From: an uncultured archaeon
Lineage (GTDB): Archaea; Asgardarchaeota; Thorarchaeia; Thorarchaeales; Thorarchaeaceae
Direction: 5' to 3'
NCBI GenBank assembly: GCA_964631415.1
Contig: CAZVZC010000044.1
Span: 1-15,827 of the forward strand
DNA: 15,827 nucleotides
The number at the start of each line of letters is the position of its first letter. Position 1 is the stretch's first letter. Positions 7,453 to 15,827 of the stretch are shown piece after piece. Made by a program: the position numbers and the translations under genes. The notes below the pieces were generated by a model that saw nothing but the letters and a program-made list of their open reading frames with translations, had not been told where the DNA came from and made no database searches.

Positions 7453-7565
7453 GATTGCCCGCATATGGAGCAATGTATCACAGGCTTGGGCCTCGACTCC
7501 GCGCAGGGCACAATCGACCGCTAGTCGGCTGTGTGCTTGTTACTTTGCCATCGCCGACAGGATTG

Positions 7566-8942
7566 TTAGCCTGCCGTCTGAATCTCTGCTGTCACGACCG
7601 CCTTGGCCCTTCTCATAATGGTCTGGACTCTCTGGCGCGTTGGGGCTTCACATGTGATTCTGATCACTGGCTCCGTACCTGACGGTCTGACCAAGACCCA
7701 ACCCTGTTTCAGCGATACGCCGAGTCCGTCAACAGTGACAACATCCACAACATTGCTGAATACTGCAGGTAGACTCTCTGTAAGAGCCGTCATGACATGC
7801 GTCTTCAAGTCGTTTCGGCAGTCGAGCTTCGTCTTGGAAAGTGGGTACTCAGGTATGGCTTGTATGATCTCGCCGAAGCTCTGTTCCTTGTGAGCAATGA
7901 GCTCCAACACTCTGCAGGCGGCCAAGAATGGTTCTGGGGCAAGATGAAACTCAGGGAAGATGAAAACACCGCACGCCTCGCCGCCAAGCAATGCTCCGGT
8001 TTCTCTCACCTTGATAGCCACCTGTATGTCACCAACAGGAGTCCTGATAGTGCGTCCTCCTGCTCTTTCCACTGTTTCATCAAGCACTCGAGAGCTGTCT
8101 ACTGTGGTCACAATCGTCTTGTTGGCTGACGCCTTCAGTGCCTGAGCCGCAAGAAGAGCAATGGTTCTGTCACCCCTCACGACCTGTCCCGCTTCGGTCA
8201 CGAATACGACCCTGTCAGAGTCACCATCGTGCGCCACGCCCAAGTCCGCATCCGTTTCCTTGACCATGCGCTTGAGGTCTCCAAGGTTTTCGTCGTCAGG
8301 CTCTGAAACACGACCTGGGAAATGCCCATCTGGCTGGCCATTGATCGTGATCACCTTACATCCAAGGTTTACCAGTAAGTATGGTGTCAACACACAAGCG
8401 GCTCCATTGCCAGGATCGACTACGACCTTTGCAGCCCTCTTCCTTATTGCCTCGGCATCGCACCTTGATATCACCGCTTGAATGTGTTCTGACACAAATG
8501 ATTCCACGGCCTTCTCACTGCTGAGTTGGTCCCATGCTGCCACCCTGAACTTGCGCGAGTTGTAGATTCCTTCGAGAGTCGATTCTTCCTCCGGCGTGTA
8601 TCCCATGCTGTTCTTGGACCAGAACTTCACACCCGTGTACTCGGGCGGATTGTGTGACGCCGTGATCATGACACCGGCATCGAACCCGTGGTTCAGCGTC
8701 GTATATGCGAGGGTGGGTGTTGGCAGCATTCCAGCCCTGGTCACTATGGTGCCTGTTGAGAGAAGACCAGCAGACAACGAATCAGCTACCATGCGGCTCG
8801 TAGTTCGAACGTCCTCAGCCAAGACAACACTTCCCCCTGTTAGATACGTGCCCAAGGTCTTGCCAAGATTCAGGGACATCTCAAGATCAAAGTCTGTTCC
8901 GTAAATTCTCCTAACTCCCGTGGTTCCGAACAGTCTTCCCAT
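7566..8942 (-). CDS. glmM: Phosphoglucosamine mutase / phosphohexomutase (PGM/PMM family)
   Basis: LFGTTGVR, phosphoserine loop TASHNP, metal loop DGDSDR, sugar loop GGEACG and RPSGTEP. Start moved to ATG 8942 (MGRLFGT) with a GGGAG RBS. GlmM versus PMM/PGM specificity is uncertain. Confidence 0.85.
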   Translation of the reverse strand: MGRLFGTTGVRRIYGTDFDLEMSLNLGKTLGTYLTGGSVVLAEDVRTTSRMVADSLSAGLLSTGTIVTRAGMLPTPTLAYTTLNHGFDAGVMITASHNPPEYTGVKFWSKNSMGYTPEEESTLEGIYNSRKFRVAAWDQLSSEKAVESFVSEHIQAVISRCDAEAIRKRAAKVVVDPGNGAACVLTPYLLVNLGCKVITINGQPDGHFPGRVSEPDDENLGDLKRMVKETDADLGVAHDGDSDRVVFVTEAGQVVRGDRTIALLAAQALKASANKTIVTTVDSSRVLDETVERAGGRTIRTPVGDIQVAIKVRETGALLGGEACGVFIFPEFHLAPEPFLAACRVLELIAHKEQSFGEIIQAIPEYPLSKTKLDCRNDLKTHVMTALTESLPAVFSNVVDVVTVDGLGVSLKQGWVLVRPSGTEPVIRITCEAPTRQRVQTIMRRAKAVVTAEIQTAG

Positions 8943-9073
8943 GACAGGCTCCCTGACCAGCCTCCATGAAGCATGAAAGAAAAAGCTGCCTACATATCTG
9001 CCCGCAATCGTGGCCGGCATAGGGATATATGACTACATTCACTGATGATGGAGTATCATCAGGACGTGGGTCT

Positions 9074-9871
9074 ATGCCTTTCTTTGACTACCATGGTTCG
9101 AAGCTGCATTATGTGGACCACGACAGGCGGAAAGACAAGAGAAAAGGGCTCACTCTTGTCTTCGTGCATGGTGCCGGCTCGTCACACATCATCTGGACTC
9201 TGCAGAAACATGAGTTCTGCTCGACAAATAGGGTTGTAATGCCTGACCTGTCGGGGCATGGCGCGTCCGACCACGTTGAGGGTGAGGCGAGCATCGAGGA
9301 CGGCTACACCTACGAGATTGCAGCGCTGATAGATTATCTGAGAGTAAAACGCTTTGTTTTGATAGGGCATTCCATGGGCGGAGGTGTCGTCATGTCCTAT
9401 GTGCTGCATTCCGGGTTCCGCCAGCCGCGGGCCATTGCTCTTGTGAGTACCTCAGCAGACCTTGATCTTGCGAAACTGGCACCCGGTATGGCGATTGAGA
9501 GCGTGGAAACCGAACTGTTCATCTTGAAGAGCAGGTTTACTGGCGACCTGTCAGAGGCCTATGCGATTAAGCGACTGGACGAGGAGATGAGAAGGGAGAA
9601 TCCCCAGATGCTGCTCCGTGACCTGAGGGCGTGTGACAAGTTCGACATCTCCAACAAGCTTGACATGGTCAAACTGCCATGTCTGGTGATTCATGGCCAG
9701 ATTGACCATGTGATTGCGCCTGGCCTTGCACAGAAGCTTGTGAATGAACTCCCGCGTGCAGACATCGCCTTCGTCAGGGGGGCAGATCACATACCCATGC
9801 TCGAAGAGCCTGAAGAGTTCAACAGGCTACTAGCCAAGTACGTGCGCTGGGCAGAAGCACGCACTGCATGA
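9074..9871 (+). CDS. Alpha/beta-fold hydrolase
   Basis: FVHGAG oxyanion loop, DLSGHGAS, nucleophile elbow GHSMGG, Asp in HGQIDHV and His in GADHIP. Start likely ATG 9074 (the ORF extends to 9029). Confidence 0.92.
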   Translation: MPFFDYHGSKLHYVDHDRRKDKRKGLTLVFVHGAGSSHIIWTLQKHEFCSTNRVVMPDLSGHGASDHVEGEASIEDGYTYEIAALIDYLRVKRFVLIGHSMGGGVVMSYVLHSGFRQPRAIALVSTSADLDLAKLAPGMAIESVETELFILKSRFTGDLSEAYAIKRLDEEMRRENPQMLLRDLRACDKFDISNKLDMVKLPCLVIHGQIDHVIAPGLAQKLVNELPRADIAFVRGADHIPMLEEPEEFNRLLAKYVRWAEARTA

Positions 9872-9987
9872 CAGTCACACAGAGCTTTCCTCTCTTGTCC
9901 CGCGAAATGGTTATTAGAAGCTACAAACCCCACCCTTCAAGACTATTTCCGCGGCTGTATCCGCACAGAGAACCGGGGTAAACTCAG

Positions 9988-10548
9988 ATGAGCAGTACGT
10001 ATGACCGACTGTACAAGATAGTTGTGCTAGGTGAAGGTGCTGTTGGCAAGACTGCAATCGTGACCCGATTCTCGCACGGCTTTTTCAGGACTGACTACAA
10101 GACCACGATCGGCTCTCAGTTCGCCGTCAAGAACATCGACATCAAAGCGAGCGAGGGGCAGAGGCTCACGGTCAAGCTACAGATATGGGACGTGGCTGGT
10201 CAGTCGCGTTTCCAGATCCTTCGACCGATGTACTACCGAGGTGCAAGTGGAGGAGTTCTCGTCTTCGATGTGACCCGACGTCGCACATTCATCGTGCTAC
10301 AAGAGTGGCTAGATGAGCTTCATAAGGCCATAAACAAGGACATACCGCTTGTCCTTGTGGCCAACAAGACAGACCTTCCAGACCGTGTCGTGACGCCTGC
10401 AGAAGGCAGGGAGTTCGCCGACAAGCGACGAATGCCCTATGTCGAGGCTTCTGCAAAGACCGGAGAGGGAATAATCGACATATTCGAGGAGCTAGCAAAG
10501 ACTCTGGTTGAGGAACGTGAGGAAGGCAGTCACTGGGAAACGCAGTGA
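9988..10548 (+). CDS. Rab-like small GTPase (Ras superfamily; eukaryotic signature protein)
   Basis: G1 GEGAVGKT, G2 YKTTIG, G3 WDVAGQ, G4 NKTD, G5 EASAK; RabF-like motifs IGSQF, KLQIW, RFQILR, YYRGA and LVFDVT; no C-terminal cysteines. Confidence 0.96.
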   Translation: MSSTYDRLYKIVVLGEGAVGKTAIVTRFSHGFFRTDYKTTIGSQFAVKNIDIKASEGQRLTVKLQIWDVAGQSRFQILRPMYYRGASGGVLVFDVTRRRTFIVLQEWLDELHKAINKDIPLVLVANKTDLPDRVVTPAEGREFADKRRMPYVEASAKTGEGIIDIFEELAKTLVEEREEGSHWETQ

Positions 10549-10625
10549 GCGGACCGGAAGCATCTTCTTAGGTTCACCGTAGAGGCCAGACGCAAGTTGC
10601 ACCATCTCCAACTGGGTCTTGAAGA

Positions 10626-11207
10626 ATGACTAAGCCTGATGAGTACTACGCAGCAAACGTCCTGCCTCCTATTGCGTGGGCTCTTGATCTCTACTTCAAG
10701 CAGGGACTGCGTCAGAGGGAAACAGGCGTTGTCGAGGTCATCTTTCCTGCTGGAGATCACAAGGTGGCACTATCGAAGAAGGGCAATCACGAACTCGCTG
10801 TATGGCTGTCAAAGCAAGATATGCTTGTGAGGGCCCGTTGCACCTACGACAAGAGCTGCAGTTTCAACAGTGACCGAGTCGACGCGCGGGACCGAGAGGC
10901 TGTCAAGAGTCTGCCTTGGGACAAGACTGACCAGACGAGGTTCTTCAAGGCAGTTCGCGACTGGTTGCTTCGTCTGGACTTCGATTTCACCACTCTCGTC
11001 CGAGCTCTTGTCACGGTCTGCGACAGAAAGGTGGAAACACCTCTCACGACTCGGTATGGCAAGACGTTCGACAAGTTTGACGACTATAGACGCCACAAGT
11101 GGCCTGAAGATGCTACCCCTGACAACAGGCCCCGTCTCTTGGAGGAGGTCCTGTTTAGGGTCGCATTCTGGTTTCAGACCGCGGCAGACGTACGCGCTTT
11201 GAAATAG
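10626..11207 (+). CDS. Hypothetical protein (193 aa, soluble)
   Basis: ATG-started ORF that fills the gap between the GTPase and kinase genes, co-oriented with both, with globular composition; no family recognised. Confidence 0.8.
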   Translation: MTKPDEYYAANVLPPIAWALDLYFKQGLRQRETGVVEVIFPAGDHKVALSKKGNHELAVWLSKQDMLVRARCTYDKSCSFNSDRVDARDREAVKSLPWDKTDQTRFFKAVRDWLLRLDFDFTTLVRALVTVCDRKVETPLTTRYGKTFDKFDDYRRHKWPEDATPDNRPRLLEEVLFRVAFWFQTAADVRALK

Positions 11208-11275
11208 AGGGCAGGCTTCTGAACACTGATAAGGCGCCCATGTTCGACATTAGGCGTCGACAGGTTGTGATCTGG

Positions 11276-12397
11276 ATGAACATCGGTCTGCTTGTAAACC
11301 CAATAGCCGGCATGGGCGGCCGAGTGGGACTCAAGGGGACCGACGGTGTGGTCAAGGAAGCAATCAGACGGGGAGCGAAACCAATTGCTCCGCGGCGGGC
11401 GCGCGAGTTCCTGGAGGCGCTGAAGTCGTCTAGAGTTCCTGATGTCAGTCTGACAGCCTGCCCTGGGCCAATGGGTGCAGGTGTCTGTCGGCAGGCAGGC
11501 ATCAAGCATGATGTGATTGATGTGGCCATCGGAACGGAAACCGCCTCCGAAGACACAGTGCGTTGCGTGAAGGCCCTCTACAAATCGGGTATACGTTTCG
11601 TTGTCTTCGTGGGAGGGGATGGCACTGCCCGCGACATTCTTGATGCTGTCACCGAGGATGACCTTTCTGATCTGATGGTTCTAGGCGTACCATCGGGGGT
11701 GAAGATGTACAGCGGCATCTTCGTTGTGAATCCGCGGGATGCAGCCGAGGTCGTCAGGGTGATGCGCGAAGGCAACACGGGAACTACGGAGTTTGAGGTG
11801 ATGGACGCTGACGAGGATGCCATCAGGCAGGACAAGTTTGTTGTGCGCCTGTATGGCTATCTCAGGGGCCCCTCAGTCCCGGCACGATTTCAGGGTTCCA
11901 AGCAGATCAGTGCGGAGACCACAGATGAGCATGAGGCACAAGAGGCCATTGCGAAGTATGTTCTCGAAACGCTTCCAAAGGGAGCGACTCTCATTCTAGG
12001 TCCTGGAACGACTGTCAAGACGCTTGCAGGGCTCCTTGGAGTGAAGAAGACCACTCTGGGTGTCGACCTGTACCAGAATGGCACCGTTCAGAATGACGTG
12101 AATGAGTCCAAGATATTGGACCTCATAGAGGAGTTCAGCAACGTGTGGATCATTGTTTCCCCAATAGGTCATCAGGGAGTCTTGTTCGGCAGAGGGAACC
12201 AGCAGATAAGCCCGAGAGTGATTGAGAGAGCAGGTAGAGATCATATACGAGTTCTATGCACGGTTTCGAAGCTTAGGGGTATCGAGGGTGAATCACTGAA
12301 GGTCGACACCGGTGACCCTTCCGTAGATCAAATGCTCAGAGGCTACATGAGAGTCATCAGTGACTATGGTGAGATACGGCTGGTGAAGGTCGAGTAG
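11276..12397 (+). CDS. ATP-NAD kinase family protein (predicted polyphosphate/ATP-dependent NAD kinase, AcoX-like)
   Basis: IGLLVNPIAGMGGRVGLKGTDG, GGDGT motif, GVPSGVKMYSG, LGPGTT, TLGVD, GRGNQQISP and VDTGD. Start likely ATG 11276. Confidence 0.9.
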   Translation: MNIGLLVNPIAGMGGRVGLKGTDGVVKEAIRRGAKPIAPRRAREFLEALKSSRVPDVSLTACPGPMGAGVCRQAGIKHDVIDVAIGTETASEDTVRCVKALYKSGIRFVVFVGGDGTARDILDAVTEDDLSDLMVLGVPSGVKMYSGIFVVNPRDAAEVVRVMREGNTGTTEFEVMDADEDAIRQDKFVVRLYGYLRGPSVPARFQGSKQISAETTDEHEAQEAIAKYVLETLPKGATLILGPGTTVKTLAGLLGVKKTTLGVDLYQNGTVQNDVNESKILDLIEEFSNVWIIVSPIGHQGVLFGRGNQQISPRVIERAGRDHIRVLCTVSKLRGIEGESLKVDTGDPSVDQMLRGYMRVISDYGEIRLVKVE

Positions 12398-12433
12398 AAG
12401 CACGCAGAGTCACCCAGAGCTGCGATCGCTATC

Positions 12434-13801
12434 TCACTTCGTGACTTCCTGCAGGCACTCCTCGAACACTTCAAGGACCCTATCCACCTGTTCCTCCGTG
12501 ATTGTGAGAGGTGGTTTGATCTTGATTACATTGCGAAGGTCATAGCCCCATGGTGAGAGGTTCGGCATGTTGTAGTCGAAAATGACCCCACGCTTCCATC
12601 CTTCCTGAATGAATGAATATGCCATCTCGACCCCTGGTTTTTTCGACTTGGGATCCTCAACAAGCTCAATACCCTTGTATAGTCCCGGACATCGAACGTC
12701 ACCAATGACTGGGTATTTCTCCTGAAGTTCGAGAATTCCTTTCTTGATTTTCTCACCAAGCAGCTTGCTCCTTTGTAGGAGGTTCTTACGCTTGATGATC
12801 TCGATGTTGACAAGAGATGCCGCAAACATGACTGGATTGGAACCGAACGTCGAGTGTTCCTCAGACTCAGTGAACCCCACTATGTCACCACGTGTAAGAG
12901 TTGCACCCATCGGGACACCGCCGGCAATTGCCTTGGTCAAGCACATGACGTCCGGACGCATGTTGTGCAGGTCAGACGCACACCACTCACCTACTCTACC
13001 GAAGGCAGTCTGTGCCTCGTCGAAAATGAGCAGTGCATCTATCTGTTCACAGATCTCCTTGAGCGCCTTCAGGTATTCGGTATGTGCTTCGATATGTCCA
13101 CCGGGTCCCATGATTGGCTCGACGATTATCCCTGCTACGGGACCAGTGGCGCCGTGCATGATGGTCTGTTTGACAAACTCCGCGCATACTCCTGTGCAGT
13201 CTTCTTTCTCCCTGTCATGGCCAAGGTAGCATCTGTAGCAGTATGGATAAGGGATCTTTACAAAATGCTCTCTCCCGAAGCCGAGAAAACGAGTTGCTGT
13301 AGGCATGTATGCGCTGGCACTCGTGGTCGCGAGCGAGGAACCATGGTAAGCACGCCATGCCGTGATGAATGTGTCCGCATCCTTTTTCCGCAACAGTGCT
13401 ATTTTCATGGCGGCCTCAACCGATGCGCCTCCGCCCATGTTGTTGAAGCTCGCCCGAGGCATCTTGAACAGCTTCGTGATCTCGTTCAGCAGCTTCAACC
13501 TGGGAACAGTTGGGAATCCGTATCTGACATGTGAAAGACGCTGCATCTGGCGGGCCACAACGAACGCGATGTCTGGGTCACAGAAGCCGATGTTCAGAGT
13601 CCATGCCTGAGAGGTACAGTCTATGTACTCGTTACCCTTGGTGTCTTTCACGACAGCTCCACCGGGTTCACCCTCAAAGAGGATCTTGTCTTTCAGCGGT
13701 GTGAGCGAGTGCTCCTCTGCCTCTTTGGCCTCCTCGTCAGTGATATCGGATATCATGTCTTCAATCTCTTGTTCTGTAAGAGTGACAGGCTTGAGCCTCA
13801 T
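12434..13801 (-). CDS. Class III PLP-dependent aminotransferase (GabT/AGXT2-like)
   Basis: DTKGNEYID, SVEAAMK, AYHGS, EPIMGPGG, FDEAQTAFGRVG, PLP-lysine TKAIAGG, STFGSNP and IKPPL; AGGAGG RBS before the ATG. Confidence 0.94.
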   Translation of the reverse strand: MRLKPVTLTEQEIEDMISDITDEEAKEAEEHSLTPLKDKILFEGEPGGAVVKDTKGNEYIDCTSQAWTLNIGFCDPDIAFVVARQMQRLSHVRYGFPTVPRLKLLNEITKLFKMPRASFNNMGGGASVEAAMKIALLRKKDADTFITAWRAYHGSSLATTSASAYMPTATRFLGFGREHFVKIPYPYCYRCYLGHDREKEDCTGVCAEFVKQTIMHGATGPVAGIIVEPIMGPGGHIEAHTEYLKALKEICEQIDALLIFDEAQTAFGRVGEWCASDLHNMRPDVMCLTKAIAGGVPMGATLTRGDIVGFTESEEHSTFGSNPVMFAASLVNIEIIKRKNLLQRSKLLGEKIKKGILELQEKYPVIGDVRCPGLYKGIELVEDPKSKKPGVEMAYSFIQEGWKRGVIFDYNMPNLSPWGYDLRNVIKIKPPLTITEEQVDRVLEVFEECLQEVTK

Positions 13802-13908
13802 TGTCAGTTCCTCCTAGGCAACGATTTCTCACTAGATGCTTCCTAAGTATTAACTCTGATGGACTAAGGTGCACAACATACTAGATGTGCCGAGCACGTT
13901 TCACATGG

Positions 13909-14910
13909 CTAGCCATGTTCCTGATGCCATCTCTTCAGAACTCGCATGGCCCTGAGAGTCACCCACTTCGATGGCTGGTTCTTCGTGTCAATGTTGCACA
14001 GCATCTTGCCATTGAAGGTGTTCTTGAGTGCCCACTTTCCGTGAGGTCCTTGAGCCTTCTCTACAAGTTCAACGGCATCGGACATCCTTTCGTCATGTGC
14101 GCCCAGCCCAGTCAGTACGTCCAGCACTTCAAGAACGTCCGATTGATAGAACAGAGGAAAACCGAAACGCTTCCATCCTGCCTTTTCCTTCCTCTCACCC
14201 TTTGGCCCACGCAGGTACTTGTACACTTGGCTAGAGAGGATAGATTCTACTTCCGCTTGGATGACACCACTGACTTCAGCAGATCGGTCTTTCTTGGGGA
14301 TCATGGATAGGCCCTTCAGGGCTTTCACGGCTCCCATGTAGCAGTTGACAGGGAAGACCCTGTTTTTGTCAATGGGATATGACCGACACCGCCATCCGTA
14401 GTCCTTCGAATGGTCATTGACCAGGAACTGGATGAGTCGTTTCGTATGAGCATCCTCGAGATAGCCGAAGTGGAGTAGGTAGTAGAGTATGTTTCCATCC
14501 AGACAACACCCGTCTGTCATCGTGCTCGCCTTGCCTTTCTCGGTCTTTGGCATATGGAAGTGAAAATGACCCGAGTCGAGCTGGGAAAGGAACATGTACT
14601 CCACGCCGCGTCTTATGGCAGTAGTCGCTTCGGCCCCGAGCTCTGCGAGAATCAGCAGACTGTGCGTGCTTGCTGTGTACTTCGGCAGATACATGCTCTC
14701 CCTGTTTTCCCAGTGTCCCTCGGGCTTCTGAGCCTTGAGAATAGCCTTGACACATTCGGACTTCATGACCGCATTCTGAGCCGCGACGACTTCTGCATCA
14801 GTCCGTTTCCTTCCTCGAAGCTGCTGGAGGGCCCAGAACCGAACGCTTGGGTTTTCCTCCTCAAGAAGCCAATCGACTAACTGGTCATCGACTTTCTTTG
14901 TTGCGCTCAC
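13909..14910 (-). CDS. Prenyltransferase/squalene-cyclase (QW)-repeat alpha/alpha-toroid protein of unknown function
   Basis: QxxxGxW-type repeats (QKPEGHW, QLDSGHF, QGPHGKW), N-terminal WLLEEENPSVRF, FGFPLFYQSDVLEVL and C-terminal PSKWVTLRAMRVLK; GTG start with GAGGTG RBS. Confidence 0.8.
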   Translation of the reverse strand: MSATKKVDDQLVDWLLEEENPSVRFWALQQLRGRKRTDAEVVAAQNAVMKSECVKAILKAQKPEGHWENRESMYLPKYTASTHSLLILAELGAEATTAIRRGVEYMFLSQLDSGHFHFHMPKTEKGKASTMTDGCCLDGNILYYLLHFGYLEDAHTKRLIQFLVNDHSKDYGWRCRSYPIDKNRVFPVNCYMGAVKALKGLSMIPKKDRSAEVSGVIQAEVESILSSQVYKYLRGPKGERKEKAGWKRFGFPLFYQSDVLEVLDVLTGLGAHDERMSDAVELVEKAQGPHGKWALKNTFNGKMLCNIDTKNQPSKWVTLRAMRVLKRWHQEHG

Positions 14911-14963
14911 AGTTATTCACCTCTAGTATGGCATGGCGGTTCCCGCACGGTGGCAGGCTCAGA

Positions 14964-15827
14964 CTACAGCTCGAACCCGGTCCTGCCGCCACCCCACGAC
15001 TCCATGGCGATTCTCAGTTCCTCGTGCTCACTTGCATACTGGCTCACTGGAATGCCCTTCATCTTCGCTTCAATCGCCTGTCTGAAGGCCGTCGCACCAG
15101 CACGTGGACCCTTCGGGTGCGCATGGATTCCTCCACCAGAGCCGATCACAATGTCCGGACCCAGGTCGTCCATCACTTCCTCAACCATGCCAGGAGATAT
15201 GCCGCCACTGGGCATTGGGGCTGTCTGGTCAATGTGCAGCAGGGGCATCACCATCTCATGTGCCATACCGAGGTATCTCTCCTTGAGTATTGGCGCTTTG
15301 CCATATGGTGCGGGAAAGACTGTGATATCCGCACCACAGATCCTTGGTAGCTTACCGATGACTAGGTTCGAGGCAATGCCTGTGATTGGTGACTCATAGA
15401 GCGCGCCAGCGATGTCCATATGTGCCAGTACAGGCACCTTCGTCGATGGATCTTCGCAGACAGCTTGGAATGCGGAATAGCCCACAGCGAGGAAGTTGAT
15501 CATCAGCGCGTTTGCGCCCCACTCCTGTGCCTTCTCGGCATTTTCAAACAGTCGGGTTATGCTGTCTGTTATGTTTGCGGTATAGAGGGTCTTCTCGTTC
15601 TTCTCTGCATTGGCCCTGTCAGCGGCCTCCATGAACAATGGCACGCGTTCGGCCAGAGTGTTGTAGTCTGGGTTGGCTAGGAGTTCGTCGTCCTTGATTA
15701 TGTCTGCTCCGCCTGCGGCGGCCTCATAGAAGAGACCCGCACCCATTTTTGCATGGGTATACACACATGGTTTGATCATGTTGTTCAAGAAGGGACGGTC
15801 TTTCACTCCAGTTAGTTTTCGCAAGCC
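14964..15827 (-). CDS. RuBisCO-like protein (form IV, RLP), partial; 5' end lies outside the window
   Basis: GADIIKDDE RuBisCO motif, IKP, YTANIT, PMPSGG and GSGGGIHAHPKG. It lacks true RuBisCO residues: KPC instead of KPK, HMD instead of HRA, and GADITVFPAPYGK instead of GxDxxHxGTxxGK. The frame is open to the window edge. Confidence 0.92.
   Translation of the reverse strand, partial: GLRKLTGVKDRPFLNNMIKPCVYTHAKMGAGLFYEAAAGGADIIKDDELLANPDYNTLAERVPLFMEAADRANAEKNEKTLYTANITDSITRLFENAEKAQEWGANALMINFLAVGYSAFQAVCEDPSTKVPVLAHMDIAGALYESPITGIASNLVIGKLPRICGADITVFPAPYGKAPILKERYLGMAHEMVMPLLHIDQTAPMPSGGISPGMVEEVMDDLGPDIVIGSGGGIHAHPKGPRAGATAFRQAIEAKMKGIPVSQYASEHEELRIAMESWGGGRTGFEL

Noticed and set aside
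7508-7534. Stem-loop GCACAATCGAC-cgcta-GTCGGCTGTGT downstream of glmM as a terminator or ncRNA
   Set aside because: It relies on G-U pairs that form only on the plus strand, while both flanking genes are on the minus strand; too weak to call.
13909-14910. Prenyltransferase-repeat protein as a Rab geranylgeranyltransferase for the nearby Rab-like GTPase
   Set aside because: The GTPase has no cysteine to prenylate, I see no clear PTase beta-subunit Zn motif, and this QW-repeat family is widespread in prokaryotes without Rabs.
14964-15827. Bona fide CO2-fixing RuBisCO (form III)
   Set aside because: The K177, R295 and H327 equivalents are missing, so it is a form IV RLP.

Overview
A gene-dense chromosomal segment of an archaeon, most likely Asgard (Thorarchaeia-like). 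This is inferred from a Rab-like small GTPase lacking a prenylation motif, archaeal-type promoter elements, GGAGG/GAGGTG ribosome-binding sites and archaeal-type GlmM and ATP-NAD kinase genes. I saw no mobile element, CRISPR array, rRNA or tRNA. Gene order: partial polytopic membrane protein (-), pyrF (+), class I/II PLP aminotransferase (+), a three-gene bacillithiol-type biosynthesis cluster (bshC and bshA on -, a PIG-L/bshB deacetylase divergently on +), a 141-aa coiled-coil/Pro-Ala linker protein ending in a motif resembling the Ena/VASP F-actin-binding segment (-), phosphoglucosamine mutase (-), alpha/beta hydrolase (+), Rab-like GTPase (+), hypothetical protein (+), ATP-NAD kinase-family protein (+), class III aminotransferase (-), QW-repeat alpha/alpha-toroid protein (-) and a partial form IV RuBisCO-like protein (-). 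The two most interesting signals are the candidate minimal Ena/VASP-like actin regulator and an archaeal bacillithiol pathway whose three enzymes all deviate from the Bacillus prototypes. All reference-protein comparisons are from recall and need database confirmation.
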